From Candidatus Woesearchaeota archaeon (lineage in GTDB: Archaea; Nanobdellota; Nanobdellia; Woesearchaeales; DSVV01), in assembly GCA_018303075.1 (NCBI GenBank), contig JAGVYW010000001.1, positions 7,156 to 71,155 of the forward strand: a stretch of DNA of 64,000 bases, written 5' to 3'. Position 1 is the first letter of the stretch; every line of letters begins with the position of its first letter. The notes beneath the pieces are model-generated. The model saw only the letters and a program-made list of their open reading frames with translations, did no database searches and was not told the origin of the DNA. The translations under genes and the position numbers were made by a program. Shown here piece by piece: positions 1 to 9,052 of the stretch.

Positions 1-1
1 A

Positions 2-361
2 ATAAAACCTCTTCGAGTTATCTCAAAGAATATGCTTGCAAAAGGAAAACTTCAAATTACATTATTAGACGGTACTTGTCTATTGCTGCAGCAAAAAGAT
101 GCAGTCAATAAAAATATTGCAGTAGGTGATACTGTAGTCTATAATTATGTTGAAAAAAAGATATCAGATGTTTTAAAATATGATATTGGTAATTATGTTA
201 ATGTTATCGATGGAAAAAATATAGGTTCATGTGGTGTGATTGAATCAATCAAAGACAATACAATCGTGCTGGTTACACCAGATAATAAAAAAATACAAAC
301 ATTAACTGAATATACAATGTTAGTTGGAAAAAAACAGCCAGTTGTCAAATTACAAAAATAA
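2..361 (+). CDS. rps4e: 30S ribosomal protein S4e, C-terminal part (the 5' end lies outside the window)
   Basis: The reading frame is open from position 2 with no start codon. The KOW-like C-terminal motif GNYVNVIDGKNIGSCGVIESI matches the S4e C-terminus. Its position immediately upstream of L5 matches the archaeal operon order L24-S4e-L5. Confidence 0.65.
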   Translation: MKPLRVISKNMLAKGKLQITLLDGTCLLLQQKDAVNKNIAVGDTVVYNYVEKKISDVLKYDIGNYVNVIDGKNIGSCGVIESIKDNTIVLVTPDNKKIQTLTEYTMLVGKKQPVVKLQK

Positions 362-371
362 GGTATGTACA

Positions 372-884
372 ATGAATGTTATGAAAAATATTCGGATTGA
401 GAAAATAACACTTAATGTTGGTGCTGGAAATGATCAAGCAGTGTTGGAAAAAGGACTTAAATTAATTAAGCATATAACTGGAGTAAATCCTGTAAAGACA
501 TTTACAAATAAAAGGATTCCAACATGGGGTTTAAGACCTGGGCTGCCAATAGGATGCAAGTTGACTTTACGAGGAGCAGCAGCAGAGGAATTGTTTGGAA
601 GAATGTTGAAAGCAAGAAATAACAAATTAAATAATAATCATTTTGATCATCATGGTAATGTATCGTTTGGAATTCATGAATATATTGATATTCCTTTGGT
701 TAAATACCTGCCAGAACTTGGATTAATGGGACTGCAAGTCTGTGCAACATTAGAACGTCCAGGATATCGTGTAAAAAAAAGAAAATTACTGCAGCGTAAA
801 ATACCGGGAAAACATATCATTAAACCACAAGAATCAATTGAATTTATGAAACAAAAATATGGTATTTCAATTGAAGAGGATTAA
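372..884 (+). CDS. rpl5: 50S ribosomal protein L5 (uL5)
   Basis: The translated ORF aligns to the uL5 family along its length. The start was chosen at the ATG at 372 (MNVMKN) to avoid overlap with S4e. Confidence 0.9.
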   Translation: MNVMKNIRIEKITLNVGAGNDQAVLEKGLKLIKHITGVNPVKTFTNKRIPTWGLRPGLPIGCKLTLRGAAAEELFGRMLKARNNKLNNNHFDHHGNVSFGIHEYIDIPLVKYLPELGLMGLQVCATLERPGYRVKKRKLLQRKIPGKHIIKPQESIEFMKQKYGISIEED

Positions 885-950
885 GATCAAAATTAACAAA
901 AAAATAAAGAGAAAGAAACAATAAAGATTCATAAAAAATATTCATGGAGG

Positions 951-1187
951 ATGTTTATGACATATAGCGATTATCGAAAACCATTAAAACAGCTTCGAGC
1001 AAAGCCTGCAAAGCTAAAGAAATATCTGAAGCATAACTCTCCAAAAAAAAGGACAACAGGTCTTTCATTGAGGAGATGCAGACGATGCGGCCAGCATGGA
1101 GCTCATATAAGCAAATATAATCTGCACTATTGCAGACATTGTTTTCGAGAAGTTGCAACAAAGATAGGATTTAAAAAATACAGTTAA
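951..1187 (+). CDS. rps14: 30S ribosomal protein S14 type Z (uS14, zinc-binding)
   Basis: The C-terminus carries CRRCGQHGAHISKYNLHYCRHCFRE, the characteristic Zn-ribbon of type-Z S14. The N-terminus is longer than usual, so an alternative start at 957 is possible. Confidence 0.8.
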   Translation: MFMTYSDYRKPLKQLRAKPAKLKKYLKHNSPKKRTTGLSLRRCRRCGQHGAHISKYNLHYCRHCFREVATKIGFKKYS

Positions 1188-1208
1188 AAAATGTAAATAA
1201 ATATTTAT

Positions 1209-1613
1209 TTGGTGGAAACTATGACATTCAATGATCCGTTAGCAAATATGTATTCCCATATCTTAAATAGTGAAAAGATTGGGAAAAAAGAGTGTGTTAT
1301 TAAACCAGTGTCAACTTTTATGAAAGAGAATCTTCGTCTTTTGAAAGAAAAAGGGTATATTGAAGATTACCAAGAAACAGTTGATAATAAAGGAAATGTC
1401 TTAATAATCAAGCTCAATGGAAGAATTAACAAATGCAATGTTATCAAACCACGATTCTCAGTGAAAGTTGATAATTACGAGAAATTTGAGAAAAGATTCC
1501 TTCCAGCAAGAAACTTTGGTATATTATTAGTTTCAACGCCAAAAGGATTAGTGGCACATGAAACAGCAAAAGAACAACATACAGGAGGAAGGCTTGTTGC
1601 ATTTTGTTATTAA
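1209..1613 (+). CDS. rps8: 30S ribosomal protein S8 (uS8)
   Basis: The protein contains the S8 family motif DPLANMYSHILNSE and ends in the conserved C-terminal GGRLVAF. A likely true start is the ATG at 1221. Confidence 0.9.
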   Translation: MVETMTFNDPLANMYSHILNSEKIGKKECVIKPVSTFMKENLRLLKEKGYIEDYQETVDNKGNVLIIKLNGRINKCNVIKPRFSVKVDNYEKFEKRFLPARNFGILLVSTPKGLVAHETAKEQHTGGRLVAFCY

Positions 1614-1658
1614 ATGTTTATTTTTGAAAATAACTTAGATTAAAAGATTGAACAATCC

Positions 1659-2204
1659 GTGATCAATATGAAAATTACACAATATACAGAACAATTGGAA
1701 ATTCCTGAAGGAGTAACTGTGGCACTTAACGAAGGAATTGTTATAGTAAAAGGAAAAAATGGAGAATTACATAGAGAACTATCAAGCAAAAAAATAAATA
1801 TTTCAATTGGCAAGTCTGAGGTTAATTTTTCAATACCTGTTATGGCTAAGGCTGAAAAAATGCTTTTAGGTACATTTAAATCACATATAAAAAATATGAT
1901 AGAAGGTGTGCAGAAAAATTATAAGTATAGCTTGAAAATCTGTTCTGGACACTTTCCAATGAATGCTGCAGTAACTAATAATCAAGTAGTTGTCAAAAAT
2001 TTTATTGGTGAAAAAAAACCAAGAGTATTATCTATTATCAAGGGAGTAACTGTTAAAGTTGACGGAGAAGTTATTACAGTTGAAAGCAATGATATTGAAT
2101 TAGCAGGAATGACTGCTGCAGCAATTGAAAGATTAGTTAGCAGAACTGGATTTGACAAGCGTGTATTTCAGCAAGGTATATATATTACTGAGAAACCTCG
2201 ATAG
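1659..2204 (+). CDS. rpl6: 50S ribosomal protein L6 (uL6)
   Basis: The translated ORF matches the uL6 family, and the gene sits in the expected operon position after S8. Confidence 0.9.
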   Translation: MINMKITQYTEQLEIPEGVTVALNEGIVIVKGKNGELHRELSSKKINISIGKSEVNFSIPVMAKAEKMLLGTFKSHIKNMIEGVQKNYKYSLKICSGHFPMNAAVTNNQVVVKNFIGEKKPRVLSIIKGVTVKVDGEVITVESNDIELAGMTAAAIERLVSRTGFDKRVFQQGIYITEKPR

Positions 2205-2233
2205 AAAAGTGATTATTAAAAGGTGTCATTATC

Positions 2234-2845
2234 ATGAATAAATCATTATTGGAACAAAGAAACAAGATGAAGAGAGAAAAACCTGCGTTTATACGGCAAG
2301 ATGCTTATAAACGAAAAAGGCTGCCAGATACTTGGAGAAGCCCTCGCGGATTACATAGCAAGCTTAGAATCAATAAAAAAGGTAATGCTAAGAAGGTATC
2401 TCCTGGATTTAAGTCACCTGTGGAAGTAAGGGGATTAAGTAGAGAAGGGTATGTTATGCATAATATTTCAACACCATCAGCTTTAACTAATCTGGACAAA
2501 AACACGGATGCTATCATAATTTCAGCAGCAGTTGGAAATAAGAAACGGTTGTTGATATTAGCAGAAGCAATAAAAAAAGGATTACGTGTATTGTTTGTCA
2601 AAGATGCAGAAGCACGCAAGAATGAATTGCAACAGAAATTTATTGATCGTCTTGATAAGAAAAAACAAAGTGCACAGCAAAAAGAGGAAAAAAAGAAAGA
2701 AGCAGAAAAGAAAGCTGAGAAAAAAGGAATTGAAAAGCTGGCAAATGAGAAATCAGCTCAGAAAGCTCCAGAAATGAGTGCAGAAGAAAAGAAAGAAGCA
2801 GAAAATAAAGAAAAAGAGAAGTTGTTGATACAACCTCAACAATAA
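2234..2845 (+). CDS. rpl32e: 50S ribosomal protein L32e (eL32) with a ~70-aa Lys/Glu-rich C-terminal extension
   Basis: The N-terminal ~130 aa match eL32 (PRGLHSKLR... motif). The C-terminal tail KKKQSAQQKEEKKKEAEKKAEKK... is low-complexity. Confidence 0.8.
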   Translation: MNKSLLEQRNKMKREKPAFIRQDAYKRKRLPDTWRSPRGLHSKLRINKKGNAKKVSPGFKSPVEVRGLSREGYVMHNISTPSALTNLDKNTDAIIISAAVGNKKRLLILAEAIKKGLRVLFVKDAEARKNELQQKFIDRLDKKKQSAQQKEEKKKEAEKKAEKKGIEKLANEKSAQKAPEMSAEEKKEAENKEKEKLLIQPQQ

Positions 2846-2869
2846 TCCAAATATTATGAGGTATAAATA

Positions 2870-3334
2870 ATGGATTTACGAAAGAAAAAAATGCTCGCGG
2901 GAAAAGTATTAGGATGTTCACCTTATAGGGTGAGATTTGATATAGAGAGATTAGATGAGATTAAAGAAGCAATCACTAAAAAAGATATTATCTCATTAGT
3001 TAAGGATTATGCTGTCTGGAAAGAAAATGTTCAAGGAATATCAAGAGGAAGAGCTAAAAAAAGACATTTACAGCGAAAAAAAGGTTTACAGAAAGGTTTT
3101 GGAAGTAGAAAAGGCAGTAAAAATGCTAGAAATCCTCAGAAACTTGAATGGAAACGAAGAATACGATTATTACGTGTTTATCTGAAAATATTGCGTGACA
3201 AACAATATATCACTACAACAAATTATCATACATTATACATGAAAGCAAAAGGCGGCTTTTTCAGAAGCTTAAAACATATTAAATTATATGTCAATGAACA
3301 TAAATTGCTTCAGAAACCAATTAATATGCAGTAA
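2870..3334 (+). CDS. rpl19e: 50S ribosomal protein L19e (eL19)
   Basis: The basic protein matches the eL19 family, and the gene occupies the eL19 position in the operon. Confidence 0.85.
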   Translation: MDLRKKKMLAGKVLGCSPYRVRFDIERLDEIKEAITKKDIISLVKDYAVWKENVQGISRGRAKKRHLQRKKGLQKGFGSRKGSKNARNPQKLEWKRRIRLLRVYLKILRDKQYITTTNYHTLYMKAKGGFFRSLKHIKLYVNEHKLLQKPINMQ

Positions 3335-3391
3335 TCAATAAAGTTAATTAAAAAATAAATAACAAATCAAAAAATAAACCAATGATGTATT

Positions 3392-3964
3392 ATGACAAAA
3401 CAAATAAGGGTTATACAGAAGAGAAGAAGAAGAGAAGGAAGAACTAATTATCACAAGCGAATAAAAATGCTGCTTGGAAAAACTCCAAGAGTGATTATTC
3501 GTCTATCAACTAATACAGTGGTTATACAATTAGCAAAGTTCAATGAAAAAGGAGATGCAATACTTGCAGCAGTAAATAGTATTGTATTAGAACAACATGG
3601 TTGGAAATTTAAAAAAAATAATCTACCATCATGTTATCTTACAGGATTATTGTTAGGGAAAAAAGCTAAAGAATTGGGCATAACACAAGCAATTGCTGAT
3701 ATTGGTCTACATACTTCAATCAAAGGAAGCAAGATATATGCAGTAATAAAAGGACTGCTTGATGCAGGATTATCAATACCTGTAAGCAAAGATATCTTGC
3801 CATCAGATGATAGAATTCAAGGAAAACATATTGCAGCTTATTTTGCTCAAAATAAAGTCAAACCTAATAATGAACAACAATTTCATGCGTATAAGCAGCA
3901 GCAATTAGCTGCAGAGAATATATCTGTATCATTTAATGAATTAAAAAAAAAAATTATGGGATGA
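3392..3964 (+). CDS. rpl18: 50S ribosomal protein L18 (uL18)
   Basis: The N-terminus RRRREGRTNYHKRIKML is typical of archaeal L18P. Confidence 0.85.
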   Translation: MTKQIRVIQKRRRREGRTNYHKRIKMLLGKTPRVIIRLSTNTVVIQLAKFNEKGDAILAAVNSIVLEQHGWKFKKNNLPSCYLTGLLLGKKAKELGITQAIADIGLHTSIKGSKIYAVIKGLLDAGLSIPVSKDILPSDDRIQGKHIAAYFAQNKVKPNNEQQFHAYKQQQLAAENISVSFNELKKKIMG

Positions 3965-3971
3965 TTATACT

Positions 3972-4868
3972 ATGAAACAAGAACAGCCTGAACAAAAAGT
4001 GCAAGAAGAAGCAGTTAAAGAGATTGTAAAAGATGTAATAGAAGAAGAACCTATTGTTATTCATCCTGAAACAGCAGGAATTGAAGCACTAAGTGAAGAA
4101 GCTGTTAAAAAGGTTGAAGAAGCTGTTGAAAAAGGACAAACTAAAACAGAATTTGATGCTTCTGCATGGAAACCAAAAACAGATCTTGGTAAAAAAGTCA
4201 AAAATGGAGAAATTACAACTATTGATGAAATATTAAATGCAGGAATTCGTATAATGGAGCCTGAAATCGTTGATTTTCTACTTAAAAATCTTGAATCAGA
4301 TTTGTTAATGATTGGACAAGCAAAAGGTAAATTTGGCGGAGGTCAAAGAAGAGTATTTCGTCAAACACAAAAGAAAACTAAAGAAGGAAATAAACCAAAA
4401 TTCTCAACTTTTGCAATCATTGGAAATAAAGATGGATACATTGGATTAGGGTATGGAAAAGCAAAAGAAACAGTTCCAGCAAGAGAAAAAGCTCTCAGAG
4501 AAGCAAAATTAAATATTATCAAAATCAAAAGAGGAAATGGAAGCTGGCAAGATAAAAGCAAAGAAGCACATTCAATTCCATTTTCAGTAACAGGCAAATG
4601 CGGATCAGTTATACTTAAATTAATGCCGGCACCAAAAGGTACAGGATTATGTGTAGAAAAAGAATGTCAAAAAGTACTAAAACTAGCGGGTGTTAAGAAT
4701 ATCTGGGCAAAATCATTAGGGCATAGATCAACAAAGATGAATATGATTTTAGCATGCTTTGATGCATTGCATAAATTATCAACTACAAAAACATCACCTA
4801 TTGATTATGAAACTTTAGCAATTGTCGAGGGAAGTGTACAAAATGGCACAGCAAAAGCAGAACAATAA
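3972..4868 (+). CDS. rps5: 30S ribosomal protein S5 (uS5) with an acidic N-terminal extension
   Basis: The uS5 core spans GGGQRRVFRQ...GYIGLGYGKAKE. About 80 aa of Glu-rich sequence precede the core. Confidence 0.85.
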   Translation: MKQEQPEQKVQEEAVKEIVKDVIEEEPIVIHPETAGIEALSEEAVKKVEEAVEKGQTKTEFDASAWKPKTDLGKKVKNGEITTIDEILNAGIRIMEPEIVDFLLKNLESDLLMIGQAKGKFGGGQRRVFRQTQKKTKEGNKPKFSTFAIIGNKDGYIGLGYGKAKETVPAREKALREAKLNIIKIKRGNGSWQDKSKEAHSIPFSVTGKCGSVILKLMPAPKGTGLCVEKECQKVLKLAGVKNIWAKSLGHRSTKMNMILACFDALHKLSTTKTSPIDYETLAIVEGSVQNGTAKAEQ

Positions 4869-5310
4869 GCAATCATCAAAGAAAGAAGCAAAAGAATCTA
4901 GTGAATCAGCAGATGCTGTAAAATTCACAGAACAAGATCAATTAGTAGTAGCTGTGCGAATCAGAGGTTTAGTCAGAGTACCAGGTCATATTAAAGATAC
5001 ATTGCAAATGTTAAACTTACATAAGAAAAACTTCTGCTGTGTCTATAAAGATACACCAAGCATCAGAGGAATGCTGCAAAAGGTAAAAGATTATATCACT
5101 TTTGGCACAATTGATTATGCTTTATACACTCAGATTGTTGAAAAACGAGCAGAGAAAGATGTAAAGAAGAATTGTATGAAGAAGTTTTTTAGATTACACC
5201 CACCAAGAAAAGGATATGGAAGAAAAGGTGTAAAAGTACCTTTTGCTAATTCAGGAGCATTAGGAGATAGAAAGAATGAAATGAAAGATCTGTTAATCAG
5301 AATGTTATAA
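4843..5310 (+). CDS. rpl30: 50S ribosomal protein L30 (uL30)
   Basis: The ORF shows the archaeal L30 pattern VVAVRIRGLVRVPGHIKDTLQMLNL. The start is placed at MAQQK; an ATG at 4822 would overlap S5. Confidence 0.8.
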   Translation: MAQQKQNNKQSSKKEAKESSESADAVKFTEQDQLVVAVRIRGLVRVPGHIKDTLQMLNLHKKNFCCVYKDTPSIRGMLQKVKDYITFGTIDYALYTQIVEKRAEKDVKKNCMKKFFRLHPPRKGYGRKGVKVPFANSGALGDRKNEMKDLLIRML

Positions 5311-5332
5311 CTATTATAGTGAGGAATTTATT

Positions 5333-5779
5333 ATGGTTACAAGAAAACGCGGAAAAATGTCAAGACATCGTGGATCACACACTCATGGTTATGGTGCAAT
5401 GAAAAAGCATCGAGGCAGTGGAAACAAAGGAGGAAAAGGAATGGGTGGTTCAGGAAAAAGAGCTGATTCAAAAAAACCTTCTATCTGGAAAAATAAAGAT
5501 TATTTTGGCAAGCATGGATTTGTTAATGCAACAACAAAAAAACAAAATACTATCAATATTCGTGATATTGAAGAAAAACTGGACAGATATGCAGCAGAAC
5601 AAAAAATAACTCTTGCAAATAATATTTATACAGTTGATCTATCATCATGGGGAATTGACAAGCTGTTAGGTACTGGAAAAGCTAAGCATTCTTATATGAT
5701 AACAGTTGCTGCAGCTTCACAGCAAGCAATTGAAAAAATAGAGGCTGCAAGCGGAAAAGTAATATTAATTAAAGTATAG
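5333..5779 (+). CDS. rpl15: 50S ribosomal protein L15 (uL15)
   Basis: The Gly/Lys-rich N-terminus RGSHTHGYGAMKKHRGSGNKGGKGMGG is typical of uL15. Confidence 0.85.
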   Translation: MVTRKRGKMSRHRGSHTHGYGAMKKHRGSGNKGGKGMGGSGKRADSKKPSIWKNKDYFGKHGFVNATTKKQNTINIRDIEEKLDRYAAEQKITLANNIYTVDLSSWGIDKLLGTGKAKHSYMITVAAASQQAIEKIEAASGKVILIKV

Positions 5780-5814
5780 TATTTGCTGAGTGAGCGAAGC
5801 GAACTCGCAAATAC
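5779..5814 (+). repeat. Stop-codon-proximal hairpin with conserved loop GAGCGAAGCGA (copy 1 of 3)
   Basis: The sequence is GTATTTGC-tgagtGAGCGAAGCGAactc-GCAAATAC. It begins on the last base of the L15 stop codon. The loop contains the stable GCGAAGC mini-hairpin. Confidence 0.6.
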
Positions 5815-5866
5815 CTAAGAAGAATAAATTTATAAACTAATAATTGTTAGATTTAAATAAGGGGTA

Positions 5867-7297
5867 TTGTTCATGTCTTTATGGAAAAACTTAATCTATA
5901 ATCTGCCTGAAGTTGCAGGGCCAACACAGCGAAAACTAGGTTTTAAAGAAAAATTAAAATGGACCATGCTGATTCTTGTTCTGTTTTTCGTGCTTGGTGC
6001 AGTCCCTCTTTTTGGTTTAGGTGAAAATGCATTAGCTCAGTTTGAATTCTTATCATTAATCCTTGGAGCTTCTTTTGGAAGCATCATATCATTAGGTATT
6101 GGTCCAATTGTTACTGCATCTATTGTTATGCAATTGTTGAATGGTTCTGGATTAATAAGTTTCAATCTTCAAGAAGCAGAAGGAAAAAAAAGATTCCAAG
6201 GTACTCAAAAATTATTGGCAATTGTCTTTATCGTGTTTGAAGCAGCTGTCTATGTATATATGGGTGGGTTAGCACCAAATGCTGCATTGCAAGGTACAAG
6301 CGCTTATTTTTCTCTCCAACTGATGCTTGTCTTTCAATTAATAATCGGAGGATTTTTGATCTTGTTCATGGATGAGATTGTTAGCAGATGGGGTTTTGGT
6401 TCAGGATTATCATTGTTTATCGCAGCAGGAGTATCAAAATCATTATTCGTTCAAGCATTCTCATGGTTGCCAGCTATAGGTGGAACAACTGAAATAAGTT
6501 ATGCAACTGGAGCTGTGCCTCAATTATTCCAAGCATTTGCTGCAGGAGATTTGCAGACAGCTGTGCTAGCAATATCAGCATTATTATCAACATTTGCAAT
6601 CTTTGCAATTGCAGTATATTCTCAAGCAATGAAAGTTGAGATTCCATTATCCTTTGGAAGAGTTAGAGGGCATGGAATAAGATGGCCATTGAGCTTTATT
6701 TACACCAGTAATATTCCTGTTATCTTGATATCTGCATTATTAGCAAATCTACAATTATGGGCAAGATTACTGCAAAACTGGGGCAGACCTCTTTTAGGAA
6801 CTGTTGATGCATCAGGCAATGCTGTTTCAGGTATTGTTGCATGGTTATCTATTCCTGGAGGAAGGAGAGGTTTGCTTGGTATGATTATCACTCAAGGTGG
6901 ATTTGGTATTGGTTTTAAACCATATATACAAGCAATAGTTTATCTTCTCGTATTAGTGATAGGGTCTATTGTGTTTTCATATTTCTGGGTGCAAACTTCA
7001 GGAATGGATGCAAGATCACAGGCAAAGCAATTATTGAACTCAGGATTGCAAATCCCAGGATTTAGAAGAGATGAAAGAATTCTTGAAAGAATCTTAAGCA
7101 GGTACATTACACCATTAACAATTATGGGTGGATTAACTATTGGATTTTTAGCTGGATTTGCTGATCTGCTTGGGTCATTAGTTAATGGAACATCATTGTT
7201 ATTAACAGTTATGATCATCTATAGATTATATGAAGATATTGCAAAACAACATATGATGGATATGCATCCTATGCTTAGAAAAGTTATGGGAGGATAA
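5867..7297 (+). CDS. secY: preprotein translocase subunit SecY
   Basis: The ORF encodes a 476-aa protein with about 10 transmembrane segments. It follows L15 as in the conserved operon and shows SecY-family motifs. Confidence 0.9.
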   Translation: MFMSLWKNLIYNLPEVAGPTQRKLGFKEKLKWTMLILVLFFVLGAVPLFGLGENALAQFEFLSLILGASFGSIISLGIGPIVTASIVMQLLNGSGLISFNLQEAEGKKRFQGTQKLLAIVFIVFEAAVYVYMGGLAPNAALQGTSAYFSLQLMLVFQLIIGGFLILFMDEIVSRWGFGSGLSLFIAAGVSKSLFVQAFSWLPAIGGTTEISYATGAVPQLFQAFAAGDLQTAVLAISALLSTFAIFAIAVYSQAMKVEIPLSFGRVRGHGIRWPLSFIYTSNIPVILISALLANLQLWARLLQNWGRPLLGTVDASGNAVSGIVAWLSIPGGRRGLLGMIITQGGFGIGFKPYIQAIVYLLVLVIGSIVFSYFWVQTSGMDARSQAKQLLNSGLQIPGFRRDERILERILSRYITPLTIMGGLTIGFLAGFADLLGSLVNGTSLLLTVMIIYRLYEDIAKQHMMDMHPMLRKVMGG

Positions 7298-7332
7298 AAC
7301 ATTCATTCGCTTTGCTCATGATATGTTTTATC
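7293..7332 (+). repeat. Stop-codon-proximal hairpin with conserved loop (copy 2; loop core in opposite orientation)
   Basis: The sequence is GATAAAACAT-tcATTCGCTTTGCTCATgat-ATGTTTTATC, with a perfect 10-bp stem that spans the secY TAA stop. The loop core ATTCGCTTYGCTCAT is the reverse complement of the loop of the other two copies. Confidence 0.6.
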
Positions 7333-7335
7333 AAT

Positions 7336-7467
7336 TTTAAACAAGACGAATTCCACTGGTCTATTTGACAGGTGGTGGAATTCGTAAGCGTCAAGAACCA
7401 CCCTCAATAGACATTTACAGGAACTTCGTTCATGCCACTGGTCTATTGACCAGTGGTTCTTGACAGT
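7336..7467. repeat. MITE-like repeated element, copy A (about 130 bp)
   Basis: About 65 nt at the 5' end are near-identical to positions 14475-14540, and the 3' ends also match (catgccactggt...tgacag). The element has an internal hairpin acgaattccac/gtggaattcgt and imperfect terminal inverted repeats caagacgaattccactggtc / gaccagtggttcttgac. Confidence 0.5.
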
Positions 7468-7512
7468 TAGTGCGATTGAATGTAATGAAATCGCACTAAG
7501 TTTCGCTTTCAA

Positions 7513-8352
7513 TTGGCGAAAGAATTGGAGGAGTTTTTTATGTTAGATTCAATATTTAATCCAATTTTATTTCCTGTCTTAAGATTACACCCTTTTTTAG
7601 CTATTGTAATCATTTCATTTGTTCTATCATTATTGATGACAATTGCATACAAATATCTTACTAACCAAAGTCTTATGAAATCTATGAAAGATGAGATTAA
7701 GGAACTGCAGAATGAAACCAAAACATTGAGAGATAACCCAAAACAGATGATGACTGTACAGAAAAAGGCAATGGAAACAAATATGAAATATTTTATGCAG
7801 TCATTAAAACCAACATTGATCACATTCATTCCAATAATTCTGATATTCTCATGGCTTAATGCACATATGGGATACTTGCCTATCGTAAAAGATACTGAGT
7901 TTAGCGTTGCATTTGAATTTGATGACAGCGGCGGGGTTGTGCAATATTTAGGCGGAGATAGTACTTATAATAATTCAAACAGCAGTTTAAATACTTCTTT
8001 ACTTTTATTAAACAGTTATAATCAAACAGTATTAGATAAAAGCGCAAAATTTGTCTATAAGAGTGGAGTTGGAGATTATACTCTGCGTTACAAGTATAAA
8101 GACAAAGAATACAAACAGCAAGTAATAATAGTTGAGAATATTAAAGATAGAACTTATGCTTTACCTGAACAAACTGTTGGTAAAGAAGGTTTGTCGAGCA
8201 TAAAAACAAGCAATGAAGAGATTAAGCCGCACAAGGATATATTCATTCTTGGTTGGATTCCTTGGATTAAGACTTTTGGTTGGTTGGGAAGTTATGTGCT
8301 GCTGTCAATTGTGTTTAGTTTGATTCTTAGAAAAGTGATGAATGTATATTAA
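7513..8352 (+). CDS. DUF106/EMC3-family membrane protein (archaeal YidC/Oxa1-like insertase homolog) with an Asn/Ser-rich C-terminal extension
   Basis: The protein has a TM1, coiled-coil, TM2-TM3 architecture (KKAMETNMKYFMQSLKPTLITFIPIILIFSWL). A DUF106 gene near secY is typical in archaea; the M. jannaschii homolog Mj0480 sits in the same neighbourhood. An alternative start lies at 7540. Confidence 0.55.
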   Translation: MAKELEEFFMLDSIFNPILFPVLRLHPFLAIVIISFVLSLLMTIAYKYLTNQSLMKSMKDEIKELQNETKTLRDNPKQMMTVQKKAMETNMKYFMQSLKPTLITFIPIILIFSWLNAHMGYLPIVKDTEFSVAFEFDDSGGVVQYLGGDSTYNNSNSSLNTSLLLLNSYNQTVLDKSAKFVYKSGVGDYTLRYKYKDKEYKQQVIIVENIKDRTYALPEQTVGKEGLSSIKTSNEEIKPHKDIFILGWIPWIKTFGWLGSYVLLSIVFSLILRKVMNVY

Positions 8353-8400
8353 TTTTTTCCAAACAGAGTTTGGAAAAAATTAATCTAGTTGGAATTCTGT

Positions 8401-8847
8401 CTATATCAATATATTATATCTTTCTTTTATTGTATTTAATATTAAGATTGTTTCTGTTCTTTCAACAAATTCATAGGTTTGGATCTTTTTTAGAAATATA
8501 TCTAAAGCTTTTCTTGTTTTGAATTTCGCTATTACAATAGAATCAAAATCTCCAATTATATCATATACTGCAGAAACATGCTGATCTATGGCTATCTTTT
8601 TTTCAACTTCAAATAATTTACCCTTTGAAACTCTGATCTTAATGATTATATTCACATCATATCCTAACTTTTCATAATCAATATGCGCTATGTATTCTTT
8701 GATTATTTTTTCTTTTTCTAATTGTTTCATCCTCTTCATTATTGTAACTACTGAATATCCAATTTGTTTGGCTATCTCTCTTAATGAAAGCCTAGCATTT
8801 CCCATCAATACATTCAATATCTTTTTATCAATCTCGTCTATCATCAT
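8401..8847 (-). CDS. lrp: Lrp/AsnC-family transcriptional regulator
   Basis: An N-terminal HTH (ILNVLMGNARLSLREIAKQIGYSVVTIMKRMKQLE) is followed by a C-terminal RAM domain. The gene is transcribed divergently from glnA. Confidence 0.8.
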   Translation of the reverse strand: MMIDEIDKKILNVLMGNARLSLREIAKQIGYSVVTIMKRMKQLEKEKIIKEYIAHIDYEKLGYDVNIIIKIRVSKGKLFEVEKKIAIDQHVSAVYDIIGDFDSIVIAKFKTRKALDIFLKKIQTYEFVERTETILILNTIKERYNILI

Positions 8848-9052
8848 CTTTTATTCCATTAACACTTGTTTATTTTTCTAATTATAATCTAATAAATACT
8901 TTATATTTATAAAGCTTTTTGTTATTGTGGTTAATAAATGTTAACTAAATCTTTAAATAACTTAATATAATGCTAACACTTACTATATGAATTGATAATC
9001 ATTATGTTAATATTAAATGTTAAGTGTGAATAATTAAATGGACTGTTGAAAC

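Noticed and set aside
434-625. Antisense or embedded ORFs within ribosomal-protein and other confirmed genes. Examples: 434-625(-), 955-1161(-), 2305-2619(-), 2586-2777(+), 2640-2921(-), 4361-4597(-), 5418-5609(+), 6700-7218(-), 19667-20775(-), 22110-22895(-), 44330-46034(+), 50120-53125(-).
   Set aside because: They lie entirely inside, or opposite to, well-supported conserved genes. Their translations are low-complexity, consistent with an AT-rich genome, and they have no motifs. They are treated as spurious.
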